Positions 25,480-39,545 are shown, counted from the first letter of the stretch. The stretch is 64,000 nt of DNA from the human T2T-CHM13v2.0 reference genome, Homo sapiens (GCF_009914755.1 NC_060935.1), one strand, 5' to 3'. Notes: generated by a model not told the origin, from the sequence alone. Numbers and translations: made by a program.

Positions 25480-26570
25480 AGCATTTCTTTCTCAGTTGAA
25501 TCTCTTGGATTTTCCAAGTATACAATATTCTCATCTGAAAATAGTCATCATTTTGCCTTCTTTCAATTCTTATACCTCTAACATCTATCTGCTTTTAATG
25601 ACTAATACCATAATAAAAGGTTACCTATAGTATGGATGATGGCTGGAATCTTTATCTTATTCCTGACTTTAGTATTTCCCTGTTGAGCATGAAACTGGTG
25701 CTTTTTTTATTATTATTATTTTTGGAGACAGAGTCTGGCTCTGTCTCCCAGGCTGGAGAGCAGTGGCGTAATCACGGCTCACTGCAACTTCCGCCTCCCA
25801 GATTCTAGCAATTCTCCGCCTCAGCCTCTTAAGTAGCTGGGATTACAGACGCTCACCACCACATCTGGCTATTTTTTTTTTCCTTAATTTTTTGTAGAGA
25901 TAGGGTTTCGCCATCTTGGCCAGGCTGGTCTTGATCTCCTGACCTCGTGATCCACCCACATCAGCCTCCCAAAGTGCAGGGATTACAGGCGTGAGCCACC
26001 ATGCCCAGCCGAAACTGGTGCTTCTTTTGAGATAAACATAGTTTATAATACTGAGGGAATATCAGTAAATCCTTTTGGTATTTAGACTTTTAAAATCAAG
26101 AATATGTGTGAAAATTCTGAAAATGTATTTTCAGCATGTAAGCATGTGATCATATGTTTTAATACGTTAATTCATGTAATGTATTATATCAATACATATC
26201 CTAATATTGACCCAATATTGCATTCCTGTTATTAAATACATTTAGCTAGGATATATCAATTTTTAATGGGTAACTAAATTCTATTTGCTAATATTTTATT
26301 TGTGATTTTTAAATCAGTATTTTTAAGCAAATCCATAATTTTCTTTTTATGTTGAGTCTTTGTCACATTTTCATAACAATTTTGAAGAGACTTAAAATAA
26401 CCCTTTTTAAAAATGTTCAGAGCATGCTCCAATCTGGCTATCATTGAAGATAGATATAATATTGGCTGAACTTGAAAGATGTGATAGAATTCCTCTATAA
26501 AGCCTTCTTGGCCTTTTTCTTTTGGGAGTGGGAGGTGGTGGTGATTATTTCATATACTACTTTTGCTATT
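25480..26570 (-). mobile_element. Ancient L1M ORF2 fragment interrupted by an Alu
   Basis: Degenerate antisense L1 motifs (CTTATTCCTGACTTTAGT, TTGCTAATATTTTATTT). Confidence 0.6.
25704..26010 (-). mobile_element. AluS SINE
   Basis: Full Alu with exact TSD GAAACTGGTGCTT (25691-25703 / 26011-26023). Confidence 0.95.
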
Positions 26571-26754
26571 ATTTTTCTCATCCTAAATAATTTTGGCAAG
26601 ACAGAAGAGTCACTAGGGGCCCAACAGTAAAGTTCCTGAGATTTGATTATTGATTACCAAACTGGGGAATGGGGAGACTATTTATTAGGTGACTACAAAG
26701 TGCTAGTCCTTCCATTTATTTAACTAAAAATCAGTTTGATTAAATATCGGAATA

Positions 26755-26885
26755 TATGTTTTACAGGTAGAAAAATGAAGCTCCAAGATGTTATGTAACT
26801 TTTTCAAGAACATAAGCAGCACTGCATGATTCAAATGCTTATCTCTATGACAACGAAGCCCAAATTTTGTAGATTGCGCTATTCT
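26755..26885 (-). mobile_element. MIR fragment
   Basis: TTTTACAGGTAGAAAAATGAAGCTC...GTAACTT. Confidence 0.55.
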
Positions 26886-28259
26886 TTCTCCTGTTTGCTT
26901 TCTAACCAGATACGTGATGTAGAATGTATAAATCAGGAGGTATAACTATCACTTAGTTATTAAGGTGTGTAAAATCTAATGCTCAACAGCTTTATAGCAA
27001 CATAGGTTGTAGTCCATGTGCATGTAATCAACTCACCAAACAAGAAGGGGATGCTGAGACCTTCAAGGTATTAAATCCATTTAGCCAGGATATATTAGTT
27101 TTTTAATGGGTTACTAAATTCTACTTGCTAATATTTTATTTTTGATTTTTTAATCAATATTTATCAGATAAATTCTTAATTTTTATGTGCATTGTTTGTC
27201 ACTTTTTCATAGCAATTTTAAAGAGACTTTTCTTGTTCTGATTTGGAAGCAAGAAAAAATAGAGCTAACCTTCGCTGGTAGGCCTGGGATATGTTGGCCT
27301 TTTTGCCCCCATACTGAGTGATTCTCTCATATAATCATCCTATCATCTCTTTCACAGCATCAGATTGGACAAATTTCTAAAGACTTGATAACATTTTTAA
27401 AAGCATTTTTATAAGAAATGCAACCTGTGGTTGTGCATAACAGAATTGTAGAAATACTTTATTGACATGTTAGTAATGAAACTCAGAATAGCGAAATATT
27501 AATAAAAAAATAAAAGCTTCCCCCAAATCTCATATGGGTTTATCCCTTTACCCAAAAAAATATGGACTACAATCACTCTTTATTTGAAACTCTACTAATT
27601 CTAATTCCACAATCAGCCTAAAGTTTTTTCCTTTTGAACTTAAAATATTTTTGATGTTTTCCGCCATAAATTATACAAACTTCAGATTAACCTGTAAGCC
27701 CCCAATAGAATGTTATCAAGTTATATTAATCTGAAATAATAACTGAAGTGAATGTCAAAATAAGTGACCATATTGCAGCACAAATCACATATCACTGTTT
27801 TCTACTTATTCTATAGCTGCCTATTGTCTCAGATTCAGTAGCAACTTTGCACATTAACATCAATAATTTTATAGGACATGCACTTGTCTATGACTCTGGA
27901 GGAAAATAAACCAATATTTATAAGTTAGTGAGTTCATATCCAGTGTCTTCCATTCTAATTGATGAATATCAGAGAAAAAATAAAATCAACTTACCTTATT
28001 TATATTTAATTAAATCCATAAGCCTACTAGCCTGACTTAACTGAATATGATTAATAGCAGCTTCATGTCAACATACATATGCAGATACAAAGTCATATTC
28101 ATTACAGAATTTCATATAATTGCATATTGTGACTAATTCCCATATTATTAATTAAAATTGGGGTTTTAGACAAAAGAGATACTAGAAGTAAAATTGTCAA
28201 ATAATTTTTAAAGCATTAGCACCATGACTCTTCTATAAAGTAAGCCTGTTTTTAAATGT

Positions 28260-29335
28260 ATGGAGATACTACTACATACCAACTAGAATGGACAAAATAT
28301 TTTTTAAATAACTGAAGTAAATGCTGGTAAGGATATGGAGAAACAGGAACTCTCATTCATTGCTGGTAGGAGTGCAACTGGTACAGACACTTTGGAAGAG
28401 TTTGGCTGTTTCTTACAAAACTAAACATAGTCTTACCACCACCCAGCAATCCTGCTCCTAGGTATGCATCAAACTAATTTTAAAATTTGTGTCTACACAA
28501 ATAAAAAAAAAAGGCTACATAGAAATGTTTAGAGTAACTTTATTTATAATCACCAAAAATTGGAAGCAACCAAGATGTCTTTTGATATGTGAATGAATAA
28601 AAAACTGTCCCACCCAGTGAAATACTACTCATCAATAAAAAGGAATGAGCTATCAAGCCATGCAAGCACATGTGAGAATCTTAAATGTACATTGTTAACT
28701 GAAAAAAGCTCGTCTGAAAATCTACCTACTGATCCATTTATAAGACATTCTGAAAAAGGCACAATTGCAGTGATGATAGATCAGAGCTTGCCAAGAGTTT
28801 AAAGTATGTGTGGGGTGTTGAATAGTAGAAGCACAAGGATTTTAGTGTAAGTGAAACAATTCTGCATGGTACTTTTAATAGTAAATACATGACACTATGC
28901 ATATTTCAAAACCCATAAAACTTTACACAACAAAAATCAAATTTAGATGTATACAACTTAATAAATTATTTAAAAGGATGAAGAATCCCAAGATGAAATG
29001 CAGACTGTGAAAAAAGAATCTAACTGTTACAACTATATAAAGCAAACTCAATGATAGGAGTAGGGATTAAAGGTGCTGACCTGAGTAGGTTTGAAAATGA
29101 GTGAAATCTGTACTAAAGGCAAAGGGAACTGTACATACAATCTGTATTCTAATTCATAAGCTCATTTCCCGTGGGGAAGTGGGTTAACGATTTTGAAATC
29201 ACTCTATACGTATAGTAAAATTGAATAACAATGTAAATGCATGGTGGATGGTGAGAGCATGATTTCACAGTGCTGAAGTAGGATCTAAGATTTTTATAGG
29301 AGTAATACTCAACTTGATTCTTAAAGGACATATAG
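28260..29335 (+). mobile_element. L1MC/MD-like 3' region
   Basis: GGAACTCTCATTCATTGCTGGT, TGGAAGCAACCAAGATGTC, AAAAGGAATGAGCTAT. Confidence 0.8.
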
Positions 29336-29447
29336 AATTCTGGCATCAAGGAAAAAGAATAGAAAATATATATTTTTGTCATATTTAAAATTTATATATT
29401 TTGCATATAATAATGCAACATCAAAATTTTAAATTAAGAAATTAATA

Positions 29448-29835
29448 TTTTTTTTCAATTTTATTTTAAGTTCTGGGATACATGTGCAGGACATGCAGGT
29501 TTGTTACATAAGTAAACATGTGTCATGGTGGTTTGCTGCACCTATCAACCCATCACCTGGGCATTAAGCTCCACATGCATTAGCTGTTTATCCTGATGCT
29601 GTCTCTCTCCCTGCCCCTTCAATGAGCCTCAGTGTGGGTTGTTCCCCTCCCTGTGTTTACATGTTCTCTTTGTTCGGCTCCCACTTATAAGTGAGAACAT
29701 GCAGTGTTTGGTTTTCTGTTCCTGTGTTAGTTTGCTGAGAATAATGGCTTCCAGCTCCATCCCTGTCCCTGCAAAGGACATGACCTGATTCCTTTTTATG
29801 GCTGCATAGTATTCCATGGTGTAAATGTACCACAT
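29448..29835 (-). mobile_element. Older L1PA-type 3' end, 5'-truncated
   Basis: Antisense peptide MWYIYTMEYYAAIKRN..; degraded TSD TAAGAAATTAATAT/TAAGAAAATATAT. Confidence 0.9.
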
Positions 29836-29872
29836 AAGAAAATATATTTTAATGAAAATGAACAAATTAAGT

Positions 29873-30396
29873 CAGTAGAACTAAAACTTTTAGGTCTTAG
29901 AATCCCTCGACACTCAGAAAATTACCTAGCATCAGAAAGGATTTGTTAAAATGTGCACTATACTCATTGATGTTTCCATATTTTGAATTAAAACTGATAT
30001 TTTAAAATACTCATTTACTAATTTAAAATAAACTAATAAGCCCATGCATGTAGACATAGACAACATATTTTTATTAAAAAAAAGTTTACAAAACCAAAGC
30101 ATTTAGTGAAAAAAGTATCATTGTTTACATTTTTTTTTTTTTTTTTGCAAATCTCTTTTATGTCTATCTATCTTAATAAGGTGGCTGGGTTTTTGTATCT
30201 TATGCATTCAATGTGTTGCAATATTACATATCTTATAGTCTCTGGAAAACTCCACTTTATACAGTGATATAAGATTAAGATTTTAGAAGGCAAGTAGCAT
30301 CTAAATGTTACTGTGTACATAGTTTTAGTCTTGAAAACCTTGCAGAGTATCTTAGGGAACTTAAGTGGTCTTTGTACCATACTTTGAGAACAACTG
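29873..30396. mobile_element. hAT-Charlie (Charlie1-like) DNA transposon
   Basis: CAGTAGAACTAAAACTT start and ACTTTGAGAACAACTG end (imperfect TIRs); TTAAG on both flanks. Confidence 0.7.
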
Positions 30397-30461
30397 GCTT
30401 AAGCAAAGGCACAGAATGTTTAGGGAAATTAGGGAAAGAAGGCATAGGTTATTAAAAACAG

Positions 30462-32137
30462 AATCAAATTCAAATGGCGAGAACCACAAAAGACCCCAAA
30501 TAGCCAAAGCCATGTTAAGCAAAAAGCAACGCTTGGAGGCATCACATTACATGACTTCAACATATACTACAAAGCTATAGTAATCAAAACAGTAGGGTAC
30601 TGGCATAAACACAGATACACAGACTGGTGGAACAGAATAGAGTGTCCAGAAATTCAAATATTTACTGACAGCTGATTTTTTGACAAAAAGGTGCCAAGAT
30701 ACACAATGGGGAAAGGACAGTCTCTTCAACAATCATGGAGGGAAAACTAGATATTCATATGCAGAAGAATGAAAATGGACCCTTATTTCACCCTTTATAC
30801 AAGAATTAACTCAAAATGTATCAAAGACTTAAATATAAGACCTGAAACTGTAAAACTACTAGAAGAAAATACAGGGAACATGCTCCATGGCATTAGTCTT
30901 AGCAGTGATTTCTTGGATATGATCCCCAAAACACAGATAACAAAAGCAAAAATACACAAATGAGATTACATCAAACTAAAAGTAGCAAAGGAAAAAATTC
31001 ACGGAGTGAAAAAACAATGCATAGAATTGGAGAACACATTTGCAAACCATGTTTGACAAGGGTTTGATATAAGAAATATACAAAGAACTCAAACTACTCA
31101 ATAACATGAAAATAAACCTATTAAAAATTGGCAAAGGAACTGAATAGACATTTTTTAAAACAGATATGCAAATGGCCAACTGATACATGAAGAAATGTTT
31201 GACATCTCTATCAGAAAAATGCAAATTAAAGCCGTAATGAGATGTCACCTCACACATGTTAGAATGGCTATTATCAAAAAGATGAAAGATAACATGTATT
31301 GGCAAGAATGTGGAGGAAATGTAGCCTTTGTACATTGTTGGTGGGACTGTAAATTAGTACAGTCATTTTGGGAAACACTATTGAGATTCTTCACAAAAAC
31401 TAAAAGTAGAATTAACACATGATCCAGCAATCCCACTTTTGGGTCTATATCTTAAGAAATTGAAACAAGTATGACAAAGCAATGTCTCCATTCCCATTGC
31501 ATGAATGTTTCTGCATTATTCACTAGAGCCAATATATACAGACAACCCAAGTGCACATCAGGGGCTGAATGGATATAAAAAATGTGGTATGTATACATAA
31601 TGGAATACTTTTCAGCCTTAAAAAAAAAGCGGGAAGTTCTGTCATATGCAACACTATAGAGAAATCTAGAAGACATTATGCTAAGCGAAGTAAGTCAGCC
31701 ACAAGGAGACAAATGGAATATGATGTCACTTATATGTGATATTTACAAAGTCAAACTCAGGGAAGTAAAGAGTAGAATGGTAGTTACCAGGAGCTGGAGT
31801 GGTGGCAGGAAAGAGGGTAGACAGGGGGGGAAAAAAAAAAGATGCTGGTCAAAGGATACAAAGTTTCTGTTAGATAGAAAAAAAATAAATAATTCTGGTG
31901 AAATGCTGCACAGCATGGTGATTATAGTTAATAACAATGTATGGTATATGTCAACATAGCTAAAGAAAAACATTTTAAACATTCTAACCACAAATAATAA
32001 ATATTTGAGGTGATAGATACACTAATTACCTTGATTTGATCATTCCATGATGCATGCATGTATTGAAACATCACGTTATACCCCAAAATACAGACAATTA
32101 TTACTTGTCAATTAAAAATAAAATTAAAATTAAAAAT
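30462..32137 (+). mobile_element. L1MA-like ORF2 C-terminal region and 3'UTR
   Basis: Broken ORF2 peptides (DPYFTLYTRINSKCIKDLNIRPETVKLLEEN; HLTHVRMAIIKK) and A-rich tail. Confidence 0.92.
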
Positions 32138-32139
32138 GT

Positions 32140-32277
32140 AGTTATATATGAAGTGGTGGATATGTTAATTCTTTTGGCTTAATGATTTAATAATGTATAC
32201 ATATATCAAAATATGTTGCAATCACTAAATATATATATACAGGTTTTGTCAGTTATGCCTTAATAAGGCTGGGAAAG
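32140..32277 (+). mobile_element. Second L1M 3' terminus
   Basis: GGATATGTTAAT...GTATACATATATCAAAA...CCTTAATAAGGCTGGGAAA. Confidence 0.6.
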
Positions 32278-32916
32278 TTTTTTTTTTTTAAAGTTTCAAT
32301 AGTGCAACATCATGGCTAAATTAAGAATTAACTAAAACATAAATTGAGATATATTGGAAGGGTTTCAATGTCATGGAAACTTTGATTGCTTTTTTAAAAA
32401 AGCTCATAAAGAACAGGCTTTGTGCAGAATAGTGACAATATTTAATTTCTAAAGGAAATACGTTTTAATAACAACATAGACTATAATTTGTCTGGTTAAA
32501 ACATTGGAAGTCAGAGATCAAAAATCAGATGATGTGATTTTAATAGTCGAGGTGAATCATAATAAGAAAGAGTAGTGATTTTAAAAGGATGCTGAATTTT
32601 ATAGACAATATAAATGTAGAATGAAAAGCACTTAGGACTTAATCAATATGTGGTAGAAAGAAAAGGAGAAAGATATTGGAGAGGAGGGAATTTGAAAGAG
32701 GCCCATGTAACACTATATATATTCTGTATCTATACCTTACAGAGAAAACTTGTATTAGACTTTACAATTACAGTAGATATTTTTTTCCAGAGACATTTTA
32801 AACAATACGCAGAAATCTTGGCAGTAGTATTCCCCTTAGGAAGATGGATGCGTATCATTGATAAATCCCTTGGACTTAGGTCTGGGATCATACAAAGGGC
32901 ATGCTAAGAAAGCTAT

Positions 32917-33229
32917 GTGGCTGCTCATGCCTGTAATCCCAGCACTTTGGGAGGCCGAGGAGGGCGGATCATGAGGTCAGGTGTTCCAGACCAACCTGGC
33001 CAACACGGTGAAACCCTGTCTCTACTAGAAATACAAAAATTACCCAGGCATGGTGTCTGTCACATGCCTGTAATCCCAGCTACTTGGGAGGCTGAGGCAG
33101 GGGAATCAGTTGATCCCAGGAGGCGGAGTTTTCAGTAAACCGAGATCACGCCACTGCACTCCAGCATGGGCGACAGAGCAAGACTCCATCTCAAAAAAAA
33201 AAAAAAAAAAAAAAAAGAAAGAAAAAAAA
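32917..33229 (+). mobile_element. AluS SINE with long poly(A)
   Basis: Dimeric Alu and A-tail. Confidence 0.95.
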
Positions 33230-33444
33230 TATGTGTGGACTCTATACCAGGTTGTTTGTTTGTTTGTTTTAACTTTGCCTTGGAGTAACTATGTATAGAT
33301 TATTATAACTTAATTAAGATGTTACATTTGGTTAACTGCAGGGGTTTATGTTTTGCTGAGTGGGGTTTAAAGTCAGAAATACAAAGCTGAATTTATTAAC
33401 ATAGAAAGTATTGAAAAGATGGTGTTTATGGGCTTTAAAAGATG

Positions 33445-33690
33445 GTGTTTATGACTTGTGGGCCCATCCCAAATTATATGTTGAAACCCTATCAATGAAT
33501 ACCTCAGAATATAACTGTATGTGGGGATGGGGCCTTTAAAGAGGTAACTAAGGTTAAATGAGGTCATATGAGTGTGCCCTAATCCCTTTTATTGTATTTG
33601 GAGATAAGACCCTCACAGCGTGACTAAGTTAAATGAAGCCTATAGAGTTGGAACCCAATCCTACCAGACTCCGTATACGAAGACATAAGA
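33445..33690 (+). mobile_element. MLT1A-like LTR fragment
   Basis: GGGCCTTTAAAGAGGTAACTAAGGTTAAATGAGGTCAT...CCCTAATCC. Confidence 0.7.
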
Positions 33691-34158
33691 AGACAAATAT
33701 TGTATGATGTCACTTACGTGTAGAAATTAAAATAGTCAAACTTATAGAAGCAGAGAGTAGAATAGTGATTGCCAGTAGCTGGGGGGGGGGGGTAGAAGAA
33801 ATGGGGAGGTGATGGTCAAAGTGTACAAAAGGGATTTCAGCTATGCAAGATAAGTAAGTCTTAAGAGTCCCACTATACAACATAGTACCTATAGCTAGCA
33901 ATACTGTATTTTATACTTAATATTTGCTAAGAAGGTAGATTGTAAAGTTTTCTTACCATAAAAACTAAATAAAGATAAATAAATAATAAAGGGGGCAGGA
34001 GGAAACTTTGAGAGGTGACAGATATGTTTATAGATTTAATAGTGGAAATGGTTTCACAGGTTTATATGTATCTCCAAATTCATCATGTTGTATACATTAA
34101 ATACACATAATTTTTATATGTCAATCATTACCTCAATAAAGTGGCTTGCAAAAATAAA
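33690..34158 (+). mobile_element. L1MA/MB 3' end
   Basis: GACAAATATTGTATGAT..CACTT..GAAGCAGAGAGTAGAATAGTG...CCTCAATAAAG. Confidence 0.85.
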
Positions 34159-34403
34159 CTTTAGTGATAGACACCCAACAAATGATAATTTATGGGTGGT
34201 ATGAATTTCAGAAAAAGGTCAGGCATGTACTATTTACTATAATAAAATCAAAAACAAAGCCAGTCATTAATTATATTCCTTGGCTTCCTGCTTTCTGAAT
34301 GTAGAATTTCTATAACCCATAAAGGCTGAATGTGGTTACATAATATGCTTTAGCTAAAGAAATGTAAGCAAAAGTGATTTGTGTCTTTAGAATCAAAATA
34401 TTT

Positions 34404-34612
34404 ATTATTTTTTTAATTTTAGTTTCAGGGAGTCCATGTTTGTTTGTTTGTTACATGGATACACATTGCATAATGGTGAGGTTTGGGTTTCCAATGCAGC
34501 CATCATCCAAATAGGGAACACATTGTATAAAATAGAAAATTGTTTAACCCTCATCCCCTTTTCAACCTCCCCTCTTTTGGAGACCCCAGTGTCTATTATT
34601 TCCAGCTTCATA
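34404..34612 (-). mobile_element. L1PB-like 3' end inserted into an old MLT1 LTR (~34290-34835)
   Basis: TTGTTACATGGAT..ATTGCATAATGGTGAGGTTTGGG; flank AGCCACTGAAATTTGG...TTGTTACCGTGGCATAA is MLT1-like. Confidence 0.7.
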
Positions 34613-34999
34613 TTTTAACATCCAGTTTTCTATACTGTGTCCTTTCTATTGCCATGGTCACCAGCAACATTGAAAACAGTGGTTGCTCCAGTAGCCCACA
34701 AGGAGATATAGAGCACATGCTCCAGCAGAATCATGACATACATAAAACACGTGCAATAAATAAATCTTTGCTGGTAAAAGCCACTGAAATTTGGTGGAGG
34801 GGATTGTTACCGTGGCATAATACAGTTATTCTGATTGGTGGAGCCAGCTTGTTCAACATATAAATGAGGTGTCTGTCTGTTGTTAGACATATAAACAACT
34901 TATCTCTCTCTGTTTAAAACTAAATTTAGTCTCTGACAACAGTCTTTTCTTCAATCACAATCTTATAGAACAGAAGGGCTTATCCTCTCAGATTATTAT

Positions 35000-35222
35000 G
35001 AAAAACATTTATCGAGCATCTAATATAGAATGAAGATGTTTTCACATGCATCTTGTTATATATCTTTTAAGTATACATTATTGTTTCTATCTTACATATA
35101 TTGGAACTAAAGATTAAAAGTATAATAAAATGTACAGATTGTAAAACTAGGAAAGTAATAGACTCACTTTGAGCCAGCTTCTAAGTTTGATATATTTGCT
35201 CTTTCCATATGCTACAATGCCT
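35000..35222 (-). mobile_element. MIR SINE
   Basis: AACATTTATCGAGCATCTA... and degenerate core. Confidence 0.5.
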
Positions 35223-36417
35223 TTGGTTAACCTAAAGACAGAACATTGACTATTGCTGGCTAGAGGAAGTTTCTTATTCTCCCTATTCTCTTAAACATAT
35301 TTAGAAACTCATTCAGTCAATTTTCCAGATCTTCTAGAAATAGTTTTTTAAAAAAGGTGACCTTTTCTTTTACATTTTGAAAACAACTTCCGCTTTAGAT
35401 TCTTATGCCCTAGGTGAGTGAGTTCTCCCAAAACAGAAGGAGTTTCAGATAAGTTCTAAGAGAACTTGATCCTCTTGCTTTATGGAACAATGAAGGAAAT
35501 TTCAAAAAAAAAAAAAAAAAGATGAAGAGCTATTTTTATGTCACTCAATCAGGTAGACTGTTTACCCATTTCAAAAAAGGTAGAAAATTATAATCAGACT
35601 AATCATTTTTCTAGTCTTTCCCTGAGGAAAAAAAAAATCAGTGATGTTTAAATTAAAAAGAAAAAAAAACAATGTCAATTTCATTTTTTTTCAGTTCCTG
35701 GAAGTATGACTTGACTTAGTCAAATAATCTATTATTATATTTTCCTATTTTTAAAATAAAAATGATACCTCTCCAACAAGGTTATAGCAAACATTTTTAA
35801 AAACTGCATAGGGTAACCATAACAGTGTTTACCATAATGGTGATTACATTTTCTTTCCTTCAGATTCTCAAATAAAAGGAACCACAATATTCAGATATTT
35901 TCCTTCGGATTTGCAAATTAAAGGAACTACAGTATCTGTCCCTTGAAGCTCCAATTAGACAAACCTTAACATAAAGGTCTTAAAATATATACCCTGTTTC
36001 ATTTGGATTGAACAGACAGTTGAAAGTTGCTTCATCCATTTTACCCATAGAATATATCACAGTGGAGAATTCTGTATTAACTTGGCCATGAGGAGCATTA
36101 TCTACTTTCAAATTAGGCAAAACAGCCAGACTGGATACTTTATGCTACTTTTATTTCATAAATCTAGAGAAAGCCTTAGCTAAAGGAATGTAAGTTATGT
36201 TTAAGTTATCTTTATGTCCATTTGCTAGTGTTCTGGGCACTGATCATAGACACATAGACACAATGATCCTAGACACACAGTTGAAACCTCACAGAAGCTT
36301 CCAATCCCAAAGCCAATATACCTGCAGATAATCATAGGTAAATTGTTTACTCATTTTGATGAAAATAAGAGGAAAGATATGAAATGGCTTTACTTTTTAA
36401 CAAACTTTATATTTTCT

Positions 36418-36712
36418 TTCTTTTCACAGACAGGGTCTCGCTCTGTTGCCCACAGTGGATAGGAAGTGGTGTGATCATAGCTCACTGCAACTTTGAACTC
36501 CTGAGCTCAATTGGTCCTCCTGTCTCAGCCTTCTGAAGAGTTGAGACTAGAGGCATGGGCCACCACATCTGGCCATCTGGTTAATTTTATTTTTTAGAGA
36601 TGGAGTCTCCCTATGTTGCCCCGTCTGCCCTAGAACTCCTAGCCTCAAGTGATCCTCCTGTCTTGGCCTCCCAAACTACTGAGATTGCAGGTGTCAGCTA
36701 CTACACCCAGCC
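36418..36712 (-). mobile_element. AluJ SINE
   Basis: GATCATAGCTCACTGCA; TSD TATATTTTCT on both sides. Confidence 0.92.
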
Positions 36713-37035
36713 TATATTTTCTAATTAAAAAAAAATGTACATATGCATTGTGGTGAATTTAGAAGACATAGAAAACTAAGTAAATAGAACAAGAAATTAC
36801 ATAACCTTGAACAAAAAATAGAACAAAATTGAATGTTGAAAATAGAACAAAAAATTATATAACAAAAAGGCAACACTAAACTTTGATTACAAATTTTTGT
36901 GAAGTGGAAAGATATTAACTGATTTTTTTCTCTCTAAAAACAAACATTCCTATTTATATTTAGTTATATTTGCTGAATTTATATAGAAACATTAACAAGC
37001 AAAATGAGACAATATTGTATATATTGCTGATTTAG

Positions 37036-37313
37036 TTTTTTGTTTTGTTTTTTGAGACAGGGTCTTATTTTGTTGTCCAGGCTGGAGTGCAGTAGCGCAA
37101 TCTGGGCTCACTGCAGCTTCAGCCTCCTGGGCTCAAGTGATCCTCCCATCTCAGCCTCCCCTCCCAGGTAATTGAGACTACAGGCATGTGCTACCATGCC
37201 AGGATGATTTTTTTGTAAGACGAGTTATCACTGTTTCCCTAGGCTTAAGCCAACTTCCTGCCTACTTGTTCAAAAGTGTTGGAATTACAGGTGTGAGCCA
37301 CCATGCCCAGGCT
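37036..37313 (-). mobile_element. AluJ SINE
   Basis: GGGCTCAAGTGATCCTCCC; degraded TSD TGATTT. Confidence 0.9.
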
Positions 37314-37849
37314 TGATTTGCTTTTTGATTCAATGAAACGTAGATACATTTCTAACATTTTACTAGATTGTATTTTAGTGTATACTCTGTTAGATCTGCT
37401 TCTAAGAGACATTTAAATTTTTTTCAGTATTTTATTTTGTTCTAAACATTACCACTATGAATCTGTTTATTCATATGTACAATTTATTTAGCAAAAATCT
37501 AACTGAATTGGAGAACCTTAACCAAAATTTCTAAAATATTTTAAGACTTTTAAAATGTAGGTCAAATGTCCTCACAAATTACATAAACATTAATGTTAGA
37601 TAATACAATCTCTATAAGAAAGTGTTCATTTTCCTAAACTCTCACCAATATTAAGGATTATCAATCTTTTAATATTGCATATTTTGTCCATCTGATAGCC
37701 TAAAATAGCAACAACATAAACCAATTCTGTTTTCTTTGAAAGTGAATGACTTTGACCATAAATATTCTTGCGTTCATTATTCATAAGTATTGCTTCTTTT
37801 GGTTGTCTGTTGAAACTCTTTCTCTCTTTTTTATCTATCTTTTTTTTAA

Positions 37850-39545
37850 TTGCTGAGTAATAAATCTTGGATTGATGGACAACTTTTTTCTTTCAGCATT
37901 TTAAAAATATTACTTCATTGTCTCCTGAAATTCCGTCTATGTTTTCCCCCAATAAGATGTTAAATGTTATTCATGTTGTTATTTTCCTCATGCAATGTGT
38001 TGTTTTTCTCTTCTGATTGATTTAAATATTTAATCTTTAGCTTACAGAAATTAGGGTGTAATTTGCTTTAGTGTGGTTAGCTTTGTCCTTATTTTGATTG
38101 GAGTTGATTTCTTGAACCTCTAAATCAATGTTTTTTGTCACATTTGGGAAATATTTGACCTCATTATTTTTCTAAATTTTTTTCTGCCCAGTTGTCACTT
38201 TCTTGTCTTTCTAGACTCAAATGGAATTTACGTTGGACCATTTGATATTAATTCAGAGATTGTCGGTACTCCTTTGTCTTTAGAGGGCTATTTTTTCTTT
38301 ATATAGCTTCACATTCATTTTCTCTTTCTTCTGCCATGTGCCATGTGCAGTGAAGCACATCCAGTAATTTTTTTTTTTAGTTTCAATTATAGTATTTTTA
38401 CATTCTAGAATTTTCATATAATTATTTTTGATTGTATTCATTTTCTGTTGGTATTCCTATCTGGTTACTTATTAATATCATGTTTTCTTTCAATTCTTTA
38501 AACATATTTTCATTTTTTAACATACTTAATCATCGCTCTTTCAAAAGTCCTTGTCTACTGTAACCAGTTTCATGCCATTATGGGGTTAGTTTCTTTATGT
38601 TTCTACCAATTGTCATTTTTAAAAACTATTGGTTGTATTTTTCTGTTTCATTATGTTATTCATTATTATTCATTATATATTGAACATCATGAATTACTGC
38701 AGAGACCAGAAATTCTGTTGTCTTTCTCTGAAGAGTATTGACTTTTGTTCTAGTAAGTAGTGCAATTACTAAATATTTACCTTGAACTTGAATAATCTTG
38801 GTAAAACCCAAGATGCTTACCATGCTTCTTTAATTTATTAAAATTTACCCTTCAAACTCTGTGTTCCCATGTGTGTCTTCTCAGAGATTAGTTTTAGTCT
38901 TAGTCACGGGGGAGTAATAGAATTTATGTCACTCTAGGGCATAATCCTTATTATGAATTAAGCTTTATGAAAGCTGTTTTTATGTCTCAACTGGAATGGG
39001 ATGCTAAAGATATTAATAAGGACTTAAGGTTTCTTTCCTCTGGCTGGACCCCAATCCCCATGGGTATAAAGGCTACTCAGCATTTAGTATTTTTATTCCA
39101 ATCACAGTCATATAGTAGTTGCTCTCTGATAAGTCTCTGGTAGTCTCCTAGGTATGAGAAGTCCAGTCCTCAGCCAAGGACTTGTAGAGAATCCCCACAC
39201 TGAATTCTGGAGCTACCTCTGCATATATCTTTCCTTTATTGTGCTTTACCTACCTAAATCCAGTTGTTTTAGCTCTTCTCTGAACTCTAATCTCTGCCTT
39301 CTGGAGCTCTGAATTTCAGTGTTGCTTGAATTGCTGCACTGGAATTATGAAATTTCCCTCAGGTCAAGGCAAACATAGGTGCTACCTTCAGCATTTCACT
39401 TTTCTTAGAAATTATAGCCTCATGCTGCCAGTTTTCCACTGCCTGACAATGGGCACCATACACAGTCTGTTCAAGTTTATAGTTGATTGTGGCAGGAAGA
39501 CTAATCTAGTACCATTGACTGCATCATAACCAGGAGCAGAAGTTT
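37850..39545 (-). mobile_element. Ancient L1M 5'UTR/ORF1 region
   Basis: TTTCTTTCAGCATTTTAAAAATATTACTTCATTGTCTCCTG (antisense ORF1) through a 5'-end-like CATAACCAGGAGCAGAAGT. Confidence 0.65.

Noticed and set aside
30365-31991. ORFs with L1 ORF2-like peptides
   Set aside because: Fragmented, frameshifted L1 relic, not a functional gene.
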